A stretch of 64,000 bases of DNA from Patescibacteria group bacterium (GTDB taxonomy: Bacteria; Patescibacteriota; Patescibacteriia; UBA10025; JAHIVO01), in NCBI GenBank assembly GCA_041660605.1, contig JBAZWB010000002.1:1431-65430 (forward strand), in the 5' to 3' direction. Under the pieces are notes generated by a model, which made no database searches, was not told where the DNA came from, and saw nothing but the letters and a program-made list of their open reading frames with translations. Positions 1-9,808 of this stretch are shown in pieces; position 1 is the first letter of the stretch, and each line of letters begins with the position of its first letter. Made by a program: the position numbers and the translations under genes.

Positions 1-357
1 AACTTCCTACTACAAATTTATAAGGATTAGCTTTGATTGTCGTATATCCAATAATTCCATATAATTCCACAATATGTTTTCTAACATTTTCATCGCTTAC
101 TTCTTTACGATTTTCATCAATAATTTTATTTTTTTCTTTTTCAAATTGCGATATCACCACTTCATGTTTTAGCCCATAATAACTTGTAGGGTCGTCTTGT
201 TTATAAATTGATAATACGTGATCTATAACTCGATTTCGATAATTATAAATAGAATTTCTAATGCTTTCTAATTTAAAAACAATAACTGCGCCCCCAAACC
301 CAAGAATTGCTCCTGATACTTGCCCAACCGTAGTTAAAGCATTTTGAATTTCCATAG
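1..357 (-). CDS. hypothetical protein, N-terminal part only (C-terminus runs off window start); one predicted TM segment
   Basis: ATG at 355-357 (minus) opens frame MEIQNALTTVGQVSGAILGFGGAVIVFKLESIRNSIYNYRNR... continuing to position 1; located in strongly AT-rich block 1-1100. Confidence 0.4.
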
Positions 358-369
358 TTTTACACAATT

Positions 370-1005
370 CTAAGAATGTAAAAAATAAAATAATCTATCG
401 CTATACTTTTTAATTCTCCTAATCCCCTTATGCAAGTCTCTCTTTTTCTGTTTTAATTGTTTTATAGTTTCAGTTTTTGACTGACTACTTAAAAAGTAGA
501 TTTTACTAGCTATAAATTCGTTATAAGTCTTACCTTTTGGTTGTGAAATACGGTGCTTAAATTCATTTGCCTGTGTTATATTTTCCTTAAGAATATCATC
601 ATTAATAATTTCGTTTAATAATTTGTATACTTTTGTCTTTTTTTTCACTTGGCTCATTCCCAATATTAAACTCTCGTTCACTTTTTCGATTGGCAATCCC
701 AACGAGAGAAAACAGTTTACTAATTGCATGCTTTTTTCCTTAAAAGTCGCAACTCGTAATATATAATTATGGTAATGATAATTAAAAAATAAAATTGGTA
801 AGGAAGATTGTGGGCCCCCTCTTTTTTTAAAAAATGATTTCAGTGACTTTTCAGCCTCAGGAAAAGTTCTTTTAGCTTCATCCTCATTTATTAATAATTC
901 TGTAATTAATTCAAAAAAGTCAGATAAAATTTTTTTTCTTTCTATCGACCACCCTCTTTTAGAAATATGAAAAAAATGAGATAACCTATAAGAGATTTTT
1001 GACAT
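370..1005 (-). CDS. hypothetical protein (211 aa), Lys/Asn-rich, no recognisable motif
   Basis: six-frame ORF, AT-rich composition unlike neighbouring dnaK; no competing ORF. Confidence 0.5.
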   Translation of the reverse strand: MSKISYRLSHFFHISKRGWSIERKKILSDFFELITELLINEDEAKRTFPEAEKSLKSFFKKRGGPQSSLPILFFNYHYHNYILRVATFKEKSMQLVNCFLSLGLPIEKVNESLILGMSQVKKKTKVYKLLNEIINDDILKENITQANEFKHRISQPKGKTYNEFIASKIYFLSSQSKTETIKQLKQKKRDLHKGIRRIKKYSDRLFYFLHS

Positions 1006-1125
1006 GCAATTTTTTTTAATCCATCAAAGAGCGGGCTCGAAATACGGCCCGCCCTTAGCGTTTATTTAATTCTTTTATTCGTGATTAATTTTGTATCCAT
1101 CTGAATTATTTAATCTGGCAACGCA

Positions 1126-1157
1126 CTATATGCCATAAGCTATAAGCTATAAGCTAT
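1126..1157. repeat. intergenic motif ctatatgccataagct followed by tandem heptamer (ATAAGCT)x3.3; member of a 4-locus repeat family
   Basis: direct reading: tatgccATAAGCTATAAGCTATAAGCTAT; related copies at 42665-42693, 55791-55870, 62811-62895. Confidence 0.7.
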
Positions 1158-3073
1158 TTTTTAACCTCCTCATACTCCGCATCCACCGGACCCTTATCTT
1201 TCGCTTTGGCTTTATCATCAGTTTTACCTGTTGAACCGCCTGGCTGTGCGCCGGGCTGGCCTTGCGGAGGCTTTTGATCTTTATACATGGCCTGCCCTAT
1301 TTTCTGAATTGTCTGCGATAAATCTTCCGTGGCTTTTTTAATAGCGTCGGCGTCGTCTTTATCCTTTACGTCTTTTACGGCCTTAACCTTATCTTCAACT
1401 TCTTTCTTGATCTTGTCGTCAACCTTATTGCCGGCGTCTTTCAAAGCTTTTTCCGCGGTAAATACCAGAGACTCGGCATTATTCCTGATATCAATCACTT
1501 CTTTTTTCTTTTTATCCTCAGCCTCATGAACCTTGGCATCCTGCTTCATTTTTTCCACTTCGTCTTTTGACAAACCGGATGAAGCGGTAATAGTGATGGA
1601 CTGCTCCTGGCCAGAAGCCTTATCTTTTGCCTTAACATTCAAAATACCGTTGGCATCAATATCAAACGAAACTTCCACCTGCGGTACGCCACGAGGTGAC
1701 GGAGGAATGCCGGACAAGATGAACCGGCCTAAAGTTTTGTTATCGCCAGCCATGGGCCGTTCGCCCTGCAGGACGTGTATTTCCACCGAAGTCTGATTGT
1801 CAGCCGCAGTAGAGAAGACCTGCGATTTGGCAGTTGGGATAGTTGTATTGCGTTCTATTAATGGCGTAGAAACACTGCCCAGGGTTTCGATGCCCAGAGT
1901 CAGCGGCGTAACGTCTAAGAGTAATACATCCTTAACGTCGCCCTGCAGTACGCCGGCTTGTACGGCCGCGCCGAGAGCCACCACTTCATCGGGATTAACG
2001 CCGATGTGCGGTTTTTTGCCGAAAAACTTTTCCACAGTTTCCAAAACTTTTGGCATGCGGGTCATGCCGCCGACCATTATTATTTCCTCAATGTCAGAAG
2101 TTTTCAGTTTGGCATCATCCAGCGCTTTTTGCACCGGACCCATGGTGTTTTCAATCAAGTCGCCGACTAAATCTTCCAGCTTAGCGCGGGAAAGTTTTAT
2201 AGTCAGATGTTTCGGACCGGATGAATCGGTGGTTATAAATGGCAGATTAATTTCCGTTTCAGCGGCCGTGGACAGCTCTATCTTGGCTTTTTCTCCGGCT
2301 TCTTTGAGGCGTTGCAGGGCCATCGGGTCTTTGCCCAGGTCAATGCCCTGGTCTTTCTTGAATTCCTCTATCAGCCAGTCAATGATGCGCTTGTCAAAGT
2401 CATCTCCGCCCAAATGGGTGTCGCCATTGGTGGATTTAACTTCCACGGTGTCAGAAGCCACGTCCAGGATGGAAATATCAAAAGTACCGCCGCCTAAATC
2501 GTAAACGGCGATCTGCTGATTTTTCTTTTTCTCAAAGCCATAGGCCAAGGCCGCGGCCGTTGGCTCATTGATGATACGGCGGACTTTCAGCCCGGCGATT
2601 TCACCGGCATCTTTGGTGGCCTGGCGCTGCGAGTCGTCAAAATACGCGGGCACGGTAATGACCGCTTCCTCGATCTTTTCGCCCAGTTTGGCTTCAGCGT
2701 CCGCTTTCAATTTCTGCAATATCATGGCGGAAACTTCCTGCGGCGTGTTTTCCTTGCCGTTCATCACCACTTTCACGCCCTGTCCGGCACGCACGATTTT
2801 ATACGGCATAGTTTCCACGTCCCGTTTTACTTCTTCGTCATCCCAATGGCGGCCAATCAAACGCTTCACTGAAAAAATGGTGTTTTCGTGGTTAGTCACT
2901 GCCTGGCGTTTGGCTACCTGGCCGACAACGCGTTCGCCTGTCTTGGTAATTGCCACAACCGAAGGGGTCGTCCGGTTGCCTTCCTTGTTTTCCAATACTT
3001 TTGGCTCGCCTCCCTCAATGATCGCCATGGCTGAATTGGTTGTGCCCAGATCAATTCCCAGAATCTTGCTCAT
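1154..3073 (-). CDS. dnaK: molecular chaperone DnaK (Hsp70)
   Basis: 639 aa; [19 protein letters not shown]..., DLGGGTFD, full Hsp70 architecture with Gly/Gln-rich C-terminal tail. Confidence 0.97.
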   Translation of the reverse strand: MSKILGIDLGTTNSAMAIIEGGEPKVLENKEGNRTTPSVVAITKTGERVVGQVAKRQAVTNHENTIFSVKRLIGRHWDDEEVKRDVETMPYKIVRAGQGVKVVMNGKENTPQEVSAMILQKLKADAEAKLGEKIEEAVITVPAYFDDSQRQATKDAGEIAGLKVRRIINEPTAAALAYGFEKKKNQQIAVYDLGGGTFDISILDVASDTVEVKSTNGDTHLGGDDFDKRIIDWLIEEFKKDQGIDLGKDPMALQRLKEAGEKAKIELSTAAETEINLPFITTDSSGPKHLTIKLSRAKLEDLVGDLIENTMGPVQKALDDAKLKTSDIEEIIMVGGMTRMPKVLETVEKFFGKKPHIGVNPDEVVALGAAVQAGVLQGDVKDVLLLDVTPLTLGIETLGSVSTPLIERNTTIPTAKSQVFSTAADNQTSVEIHVLQGERPMAGDNKTLGRFILSGIPPSPRGVPQVEVSFDIDANGILNVKAKDKASGQEQSITITASSGLSKDEVEKMKQDAKVHEAEDKKKKEVIDIRNNAESLVFTAEKALKDAGNKVDDKIKKEVEDKVKAVKDVKDKDDADAIKKATEDLSQTIQKIGQAMYKDQKPPQGQPGAQPGGSTGKTDDKAKAKDKGPVDAEYEEVKK

Positions 3074-3119
3074 ATTTTTTCCTTTCTAAATGTTTATACT
3101 TATAAATTATAATTATTGA

Positions 3120-3476
3120 TTATTCAATCCTCTCCAGAAAATTATCGCTTTTTTCCAGCTCCTCGTGCAGATCCAGAACCTCTTCGCTCTTCAAAGATTT
3201 TTCGTTCTGGTATTTCGCCACTTCATCCTGCTCCAGGTCAGTCACCGTGCTGGCAACTTTGATGCCGAATGCGCCCAGGGCGATGATCGACAAAGCCGCG
3301 CTCTGGCAGGCGGAGCATTTTATGTACATGAGAGTCGCGCCTTCCTCTTCCTCGATCACTTCCAATCTGCCGAAATCGTACAGGCTGCCGCAAACCGGGC
3401 ATTTAGCTTCCAGCTTTATCCTCTCCGGCTTCGGTCCGCCGCCGCCGAAACTTGAAAAATTATTTGATAGTTTCAT
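3120..3476 (-). CDS. small zinc-ribbon protein (two CxxC pairs: CPVCGS / CSACQS), hypothetical
   Basis: 118-aa ORF sitting between hsp20 and dnaK in the heat-shock operon where dnaJ is often found; acidic C-terminus. Confidence 0.55.
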   Translation of the reverse strand: MKLSNNFSSFGGGGPKPERIKLEAKCPVCGSLYDFGRLEVIEEEEGATLMYIKCSACQSAALSIIALGAFGIKVASTVTDLEQDEVAKYQNEKSLKSEEVLDLHEELEKSDNFLERIE

Positions 3477-3581
3477 ATATTAATTTATTACTGATTATTC
3501 GCTCAGGGTCAGGCAATAATTTTTTACTGCCTCGCCCTGGACTGCCAATGGATGGCTGATACCCAGGTAAAATCAATCTGA

Positions 3582-4124
3582 TTATTTCTTATTCTTCTTA
3601 ATTACCACCTTGATGCTTTTCGGCTTGGCTTCCCCGGCTTTCGGGATGATCACTTTTAGAATTCCATTTTCAAATGTCGCTTTGGCCTTATCCGCCTTGA
3701 CATGGGTGGGCAGGGCGACCGAACGGTAGAACCGGCCATAGCGCACTTCCTGCCGGTAATAATTTTTTTCTTCAACTTCCGATTTGTGCTCAGAATTGCC
3801 CTCTATATGCAGGACGTCGTTTTCCACTGAGATATTCACTTTCTCCGGATCCACTCCGGCTAAAGGCGCTTCGACAATGACATTGTCCTTATCCTGATAA
3901 ACGTCCACCGCCGGGGTGAAATTGGGCATTTTCTGCGGCCAACCCATATTTTCATCGAAAAACTTATCCATATCTGCCGCGTCCCACATTGGACGCCATC
4001 TGATGATTGACATATAATATTCTCCTTTCTTAATTATCAATTTAATGGTTTGCGTTCTCGCGGCCCGTATCGTCACACGGTCTCGTTTATCTCTATCGAA
4101 AACGATACGCGCTGCGAAAACCAA
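3582..4124 (-). CDS. Hsp20/alpha-crystallin family small heat shock protein
   Basis: 180 aa; alpha-crystallin domain (DVYQDKDNVIVEAPLAGV...ENGILKVIIPK). Confidence 0.9.
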   Translation of the reverse strand: MVFAARIVFDRDKRDRVTIRAARTQTIKLIIKKGEYYMSIIRWRPMWDAADMDKFFDENMGWPQKMPNFTPAVDVYQDKDNVIVEAPLAGVDPEKVNISVENDVLHIEGNSEHKSEVEEKNYYRQEVRYGRFYRSVALPTHVKADKAKATFENGILKVIIPKAGEAKPKSIKVVIKKNKK

Positions 4125-4141
4125 ACCGCAAACTTTAAACG

Positions 4142-4615
4142 CTATTCTGCCACCTTCACTTTAGCCGGCTCCAGCACCCTGTCATACAGCTTATAACCCG
4201 GCTTAACCTCACTGATTATTACGCCACTGGCCACATTTTCTTTTTTTTCCTTAGCCACGGATTCGTGCAATTCAGGATTGAATTTTTCGCCTACTGTTTT
4301 TATTTCTTCAATGCCCAGGTCTTTCAATAAATTGCTGAACTGCTTTTTTATCTGCTCAATGCCTTTCAGCCATTCATCATTCTTTTTGTGCTCTTCGGGG
4401 ATATGCTGCCAGGCCAGTTTGAAATTGTCATTGACCGGCAGGAGCTGCAGTATCAGCGTGGCGTTGGCGAACTGCACCAGCTCCATCTGCTTTTTATCCG
4501 TTTCCTTTTTCAGATTTATGTAATCCGCCTTGGCCCGTTTCCAGCCGTTCAGATATTCATCCATCTTTTTTCTGGCTAATTCCAGTTCTTCTTTAATTTT
4601 TTTATCTTCCGGCAT
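4142..4615 (-). CDS. grpE: nucleotide exchange factor GrpE
   Basis: 157 aa; coiled-coil N-term plus GrpE C-terminal beta domain; position between hrcA and dnaK. Confidence 0.88.
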   Translation of the reverse strand: MPEDKKIKEELELARKKMDEYLNGWKRAKADYINLKKETDKKQMELVQFANATLILQLLPVNDNFKLAWQHIPEEHKKNDEWLKGIEQIKKQFSNLLKDLGIEEIKTVGEKFNPELHESVAKEKKENVASGVIISEVKPGYKLYDRVLEPAKVKVAE

Positions 4616-4624
4616 AAATAGTTT

Positions 4625-5332
4625 TTAAAGGTTAGAAAATAATTTTTTAATATATTTCATCATTGCCTGGTTATCTTCATAATTCATTCTCATTGGCCCT
4701 AATACTCCAATCACGCCGGTTTCTTCTCCTTCCAGGCAGTAGCTGGTGACAATAGAGCTGCAATCTTTGCCAAAGGGATTTTCTTCGCCGATCAAAATCT
4801 TAGCGCCGTCATATTCCTTTATCTGCTTAAATATGTTTTTTACCACTTCATCCAGATGGTCAACCACTTCCGAGATATGCTGGACCAGGTCAATCTTCTG
4901 GAATTCCGGCTGCCGGAAAAGATTTGACAAACCGGTATAATAGAAATTATCCGGGCTGAAGCCGATGAAAACCGCGTCTTTAGATAATTCAGCCAGGCCC
5001 TTGGCGACTTTTTTCACTACTGACTCCTTAGTCAAGCCCTTTTCTTTCAGCAATCCCTCCAGAAACCCTTTCTGCTTGTTAGACAGTTCAATATCTTTTA
5101 AAAAATTCTCAATGTAAAATTTCCATCCTTTTTCCGTGGGTATGCGACCAGCCGACGTGTATGGCTGATAAATAAAGCCTTCTTTTTCCAGGACTACCAT
5201 TTCATTCCTGATAGTCGCTGGTGAAAGCTTAAAATTGTGGTTATCCACAATAGTTTTAGAGGCGACGGTATTGCCGGTTTCAACATGCTCCTTGATTATG
5301 GCGCTAAGTAAAGCGCTTTTTCTGTCATTCAT
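4625..5332 (-). CDS. hrcA: heat-inducible transcriptional repressor HrcA (short form)
   Basis: N-terminal winged-helix signature ...TVASKTIVDNHNFKLSPATIRNEMVVLEKEGFIYQPYTSAGRIPT...; CIRCE operator immediately upstream. Confidence 0.85.
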   Translation of the reverse strand: MNDRKSALLSAIIKEHVETGNTVASKTIVDNHNFKLSPATIRNEMVVLEKEGFIYQPYTSAGRIPTEKGWKFYIENFLKDIELSNKQKGFLEGLLKEKGLTKESVVKKVAKGLAELSKDAVFIGFSPDNFYYTGLSNLFRQPEFQKIDLVQHISEVVDHLDEVVKNIFKQIKEYDGAKILIGEENPFGKDCSSIVTSYCLEGEETGVIGVLGPMRMNYEDNQAMMKYIKKLFSNL

Positions 5333-5358
5333 ATATTTGTATAGGTATTATAAATCAA

Positions 5359-5385
5359 TTAGCACTCTCACGTCAAGAGTGCTAA
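5359..5385. promoter_or_regulatory. CIRCE operator (HrcA binding site) TTAGCACTC-N9-GAGTGCTAA
   Basis: perfect inverted repeat ttagcactc tcacgtcaa gagtgctaa 27-53 nt upstream of hrcA start. Confidence 0.92.
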
Positions 5386-5424
5386 TTCGGGTTTTTTATT
5401 ATTAAGTAACCAAAATACTAGTTA

Positions 5425-6603
5425 CTAGACATTAAAATCAACTGTCGTGCCATTTTCGTTTGTAATAACAGGATACCTGCCAGACAAATCCCACGATTTC
5501 GGAGAAACTAAACCATCAATCGTAACCGTTTTTAATACTTCAGATGTTGTCTCAGGGCTATAAAGACGATACTTAGTTTGATTCCCTTCTATCTCCCCGT
5601 ATAGAATTTGCCACTTTCCATCAGGGCTTGCTCCATTGTGCGGATTGCACGTTTCATTGATGTAATCATATCCTCCCCACTCGCCTTTCGGACTTCCCAC
5701 TGTTTCTTCGGTCTTTGTCTTTAGATTAATAAATGATATTGTCGAAAACGATCCACAACCTTCTCCGTACGGTACAGCAACTAAAACGTCATGTCCACTA
5801 TCCCAAATTATATTGTCAAAAAGAGTGGTTGAAACATGATGAGCTGATTTGTATATACTGATCGGGTCTTCGTTTGTAAAAGAATTACTTGCAATATCAT
5901 ACACGATCCCCCGGGACTCAAGTGGCTGTGGACTCACAAGTCCTGGTTCAAACGCTTGAGAATGAATATCAAATTTACCGATTTCAATTATTATTTTTGA
6001 TTGGTTAATCGATGAGTTTACATTATATACCTGTTCAAAAATCTCACTGCCAACTACCCAAGGGGAAACATTAGGAAGCTTAGTTAGGACTAGAGTGCTA
6101 GTATTAAATAAGTAAAACTCTGGATTAACACCAGTCTCATACTCTATATCCTGATCACCAAAACTATCAAAACGAGTAGTTTTAGTTTCTCCTTTTTTCC
6201 AAAAAAGTAATCCATAGCGCGTCGCCTGAACGTGATACGTACTAGCATCAAACCCAACGTCTAACGATTCTGCTAGAGTAGCAGACAAGTAATGATATAG
6301 TTTGCCATTTTTATAATAAAAATTATAATTACTCCAGGGCGCTTCTTCATGATAATAAGATTGAAATTCACCTGTCACAGTATCACCAGCAGGGTTACTT
6401 GCATTTGTCGCAACATTTGTATTTTGTGCAGCTGCGTTAGTATTCAGATTTGTATTTCGAACAGTGGCGTTCTTATTTACTATTGTTAAAGTCGAGTCAT
6501 CATGAACAAACGCCGCATAAATTCCTACCCCGATAGCTAAAACAACCACGATGATAATCAGCAAAGGGGTTATTTTTATTGAATTCTTCTGTGGAGTTTC
6601 CAT
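5425..6603 (-). CDS. membrane-anchored (signal-anchor) extracytoplasmic protein, hypothetical; Asn/Thr-rich linker
   Basis: 392 aa; METPQKNSIKITPLLIIIVVVLAIGVGIYAA... ; N-terminus paralogous (nucleotide level) to ORF 7502-9778. Confidence 0.7.
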   Translation of the reverse strand: METPQKNSIKITPLLIIIVVVLAIGVGIYAAFVHDDSTLTIVNKNATVRNTNLNTNAAAQNTNVATNASNPAGDTVTGEFQSYYHEEAPWSNYNFYYKNGKLYHYLSATLAESLDVGFDASTYHVQATRYGLLFWKKGETKTTRFDSFGDQDIEYETGVNPEFYLFNTSTLVLTKLPNVSPWVVGSEIFEQVYNVNSSINQSKIIIEIGKFDIHSQAFEPGLVSPQPLESRGIVYDIASNSFTNEDPISIYKSAHHVSTTLFDNIIWDSGHDVLVAVPYGEGCGSFSTISFINLKTKTEETVGSPKGEWGGYDYINETCNPHNGASPDGKWQILYGEIEGNQTKYRLYSPETTSEVLKTVTIDGLVSPKSWDLSGRYPVITNENGTTVDFNV

Positions 6604-6612
6604 ATATTTAAT

Positions 6613-7542
6613 TTATTTGTTACCAAAATACATTGTTATATAACTGGTCACTTCCGGAACATCATATTCCCCTGTCACCTCAGCACTATCGCTTGAATCA
6701 AGTAACTGGTAATTGCCCACTTCACGAAGTTGTAAATATTTAAGTACTGCCCGTACGGTCTGAGGGGAATCAACAAAGAGTTGGTTTACTAAGTCAGGAT
6801 TCATCTGTTGCAATAATGGAATGTTGACTCCATTCTGCCTCATCGCTTCTTCATGTGAAACATAATGAGCAAAATCCACACTTGCCAGGACTAATGATCG
6901 GATAGGAAGTATTTCGTTAAGCGCTGTGGCCAATGCGTCAATTGACTCGTTACTGGTGTTGGCCTGGACTGTAATCGGGATTATTCTCGCGCCTGGAAAA
7001 CTTCGGCGAATAAATGGCACTAATCCGTTTATTGAATGTTCAGCAGTAAATATTTTCTCATCAACCTGAATAACGCTTCTGCCTAACAATTCGTTTATAA
7101 TATCCGAAGTTGGTTCAACTTTTCCATATGGCGTATCCCAAGAAGCTTCTGAAGTAGCTAAGTGATAATAACTGCGATTCATATGATCAGGGCCAATTAG
7201 CACAATTGTATCATATTGCTCTCGGGCACCTAGCGTACCGAAAAAATTACCTAATTTATGATTAGCCAATAAATGATGCGGTACGATCCCTGCCGATACT
7301 GAATCTAGTTCTAAAGTGCCGTCAGCTCCCTCGTATCCGCGATCGTAAACATCAGATTTTAAGAAAAATGAACGATGCGCCAATTCATTTGATGCGTTTA
7401 CTGGTCCCTGATTTATGTTGGCTACAATATCTGAATTATTAACCAGCGCCCAGGCTGTGAAACCGCCAGCAATCAAACCAGCAAGCAGCAACACTATAAG
7501 CTTAGTGAAGCGCACCGCCCCACTCAACCACGGTAAACCCAT
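6613..7542 (-). CDS. Memo-like / AmmeMemoRadiSam-system protein B family protein with N-terminal TM anchor
   Basis: 309 aa; Memo family motifs GIVPHH, IVLIGPDH, EHSINGLVPF, DFAHY; start overlaps upstream gene by 41 nt. Confidence 0.65.
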   Translation of the reverse strand: MGLPWLSGAVRFTKLIVLLLAGLIAGGFTAWALVNNSDIVANINQGPVNASNELAHRSFFLKSDVYDRGYEGADGTLELDSVSAGIVPHHLLANHKLGNFFGTLGAREQYDTIVLIGPDHMNRSYYHLATSEASWDTPYGKVEPTSDIINELLGRSVIQVDEKIFTAEHSINGLVPFIRRSFPGARIIPITVQANTSNESIDALATALNEILPIRSLVLASVDFAHYVSHEEAMRQNGVNIPLLQQMNPDLVNQLFVDSPQTVRAVLKYLQLREVGNYQLLDSSDSAEVTGEYDVPEVTSYITMYFGNK

Positions 7543-9778
7543 ATCGTTGTGGTGTTTTAATATTTAATGGTTCAACTGAATAAGGAGATTCAAGCGGCTG
7601 ATAGTCCATGAACACTCGGATAATAGAATCAGGCGCAGGCGCAACTGTTAAAGGGGCAAGTTTCTCAAATGCGGACTGATCAACAAATGTAATAAAGTAG
7701 TACGGACTATCCTGCAACTTCGGCACCCAAAAGTTTAAAAAGTCCGATTTTTCTTGCGCATTAAGGCCTAATAATGTCAGCTTATCCTGTAAAAGTGCAG
7801 CTACTTCGGTATTTTTTACGACAAAACCCTGCTTAGGCATTTCATAATTAAAACCGAATCCTTCCCAGAAAAGATATGGATAAGTTGCCATACCATCATA
7901 TTCCAGCTCCCCATTTGGGTGAGCTGTAACATTCCACCCGCCGTTTGGATAAACCGGATCAGTCAAAGAAAAGCCGCCGTTTGGAGCCACCTGGACATTT
8001 ACCTTAGTTGTTTGCTCAGGATACAAATAAATGACGGGCTTGCCGCACTCCACTGCGGGCAGAAAAGACACTTGTTTGAAGCGCACCCAATGGTCAAACG
8101 GATCCTTCCAATAGAAGAATGGATGCGAAGCGGTAAACGTTTCATAATCAGGCTTTGTATCTTCCTGCGGTAAATAAAATTGATCGTAAGTTTCCCTTAA
8201 TACTTCATTATTTTTATCAATGTATTCATAAACTTTATCCCCGGTACTGGTCTTGCCTGCGGCCTTCAGTTTGTCCAGTCCGCCCATTTCTTCCTCAGTG
8301 AAGATGGCGTGACAAGTACTACTGCCGCATCCGCCAGTCGGTTCATTAAAAGTATATTCAGCTGAATTTGAATTCCCGTCGCTCCAAGTAATTTCCGGGA
8401 TAAAACTGTTTGAAGACGAGAAATGCTCACGCTCTGCAAAATCTTTTATAAATTTAAGTTTGAGGTGGTATAGCCTTACCATGCCGTCCGGCATAACGAT
8501 GAAATAACAATTATACTGGGGATCGAAATATACTGCTCCCATTGAGGCATCAGTAAACACTGCCTGGGCTTGAGGATATTCAGTAGAACGCTTTTTAAGG
8601 TCGAATATTTCGGCGGCTAAATCAACCTTTGAATTAGGAATATCTATCACTGTTGGATAATCTAATCCAGAAATTGTAGAGGCAATATCATATATAAATG
8701 GAATTGTAAAATATGAAAGATTATCAGAATATTTTTCAAGATAGGTTAAGGACAATTTATCAGGATCGTAAACAACTCTATATAGATCCCGCCACCCCAT
8801 TTCCCCAAATTGCAAAATAACAACCAAATAATCACCGGCATACCTACCATTAGCGATTTCGCCTTCTTTATAATATTGGCGAAACCCATAAGAACCATCC
8901 AGACTTTCGATAACTGGATCAATTATATTTAATTCTATAGGTTCCTTTAGCCAGTTGATTTTCAATGCATATCCGTCGTTAGCTGAAAAAGATGTTGTAT
9001 TTTTTACTGCTGGAATAGATAACAAGGGCATCTTTTCAATAAATTTTACACTTTTTAAAATATCATTAATTACTCCTGCTTGTGTGGTTAATGATCTAAC
9101 AGAACCAGAAAAGTTAATTTCATAAACCCGATCCCCGCCATCAATAAAACCCCATAAATCAGTATAATCCTGGTGCGTTTCCGCTATGTTTAAAATAAAA
9201 ATTTTATTTTCTCCCTCAAACGCAACTGGCTCATTAAAAAGAAATTCTGTTGAACGATTGCTTTTGTACTTTTCAACCCACTGCGCAAGCGTATCATGGC
9301 TGTCGTTTTTATGATAAATTACACTTAAATTAAGGTAATATCTGTCTTGAGAAGTACCATATTGTCCATATGCTGAAAATAATCCATCCCCGTCATTCAA
9401 GCCCATGCCCGATTCATTAAAAGTCCAATCCGTTGGGATATCTAATGATAAACCATGGTCTCCGTGCTGGTACTTTATCGTTTGCCATTTTGTTGATTCA
9501 GAAGCGGCAGTTGTATCATGCGGCGCTACAATCACCGTTGGATTTACCTCAGAATTCACGGGGACATTTATATTGGTAATTTCATTAATATTTTGTTCAA
9601 CCGTATTTACATTGATATTAATGTTTGTATTTCTAACTCCGGTATTTTTATTTGCAAGTTTCGACGTCGAATCATCATGGACAAGCGCCGCATAAATCCC
9701 TACCCCGATAGCTAAAACAACCACGATAATAATCAGCAGTGGCGCAAATTTTAAAGAATGCTTCTGTGGTGTTTCCAT
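7502..9778 (-). CDS. large membrane-anchored extracytoplasmic protein (758 aa), hypothetical
   Basis: signal-anchor METPQKHSLKFAPLLIIIVVVLAIGVGIYAA then Asn/Thr-rich linker; long uninterrupted ORF. Confidence 0.75.
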   Translation of the reverse strand: METPQKHSLKFAPLLIIIVVVLAIGVGIYAALVHDDSTSKLANKNTGVRNTNININVNTVEQNINEITNINVPVNSEVNPTVIVAPHDTTAASESTKWQTIKYQHGDHGLSLDIPTDWTFNESGMGLNDGDGLFSAYGQYGTSQDRYYLNLSVIYHKNDSHDTLAQWVEKYKSNRSTEFLFNEPVAFEGENKIFILNIAETHQDYTDLWGFIDGGDRVYEINFSGSVRSLTTQAGVINDILKSVKFIEKMPLLSIPAVKNTTSFSANDGYALKINWLKEPIELNIIDPVIESLDGSYGFRQYYKEGEIANGRYAGDYLVVILQFGEMGWRDLYRVVYDPDKLSLTYLEKYSDNLSYFTIPFIYDIASTISGLDYPTVIDIPNSKVDLAAEIFDLKKRSTEYPQAQAVFTDASMGAVYFDPQYNCYFIVMPDGMVRLYHLKLKFIKDFAEREHFSSSNSFIPEITWSDGNSNSAEYTFNEPTGGCGSSTCHAIFTEEEMGGLDKLKAAGKTSTGDKVYEYIDKNNEVLRETYDQFYLPQEDTKPDYETFTASHPFFYWKDPFDHWVRFKQVSFLPAVECGKPVIYLYPEQTTKVNVQVAPNGGFSLTDPVYPNGGWNVTAHPNGELEYDGMATYPYLFWEGFGFNYEMPKQGFVVKNTEVAALLQDKLTLLGLNAQEKSDFLNFWVPKLQDSPYYFITFVDQSAFEKLAPLTVAPAPDSIIRVFMDYQPLESPYSVEPLNIKTPQRYGFTVVEWGGALH

Positions 9779-9808
9779 AAATTTATTTAATTTAAAAATT
9801 CTTAATTT

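Noticed and set aside
1329-3089. Plus-strand ORFs (66-235 aa) antisense to dnaK
   Set aside because: They lie entirely inside the strongly supported dnaK CDS. They have low-complexity, Ser/Thr/Ala-rich translations typical of antisense frames of GC-rich codons, and no start signals.
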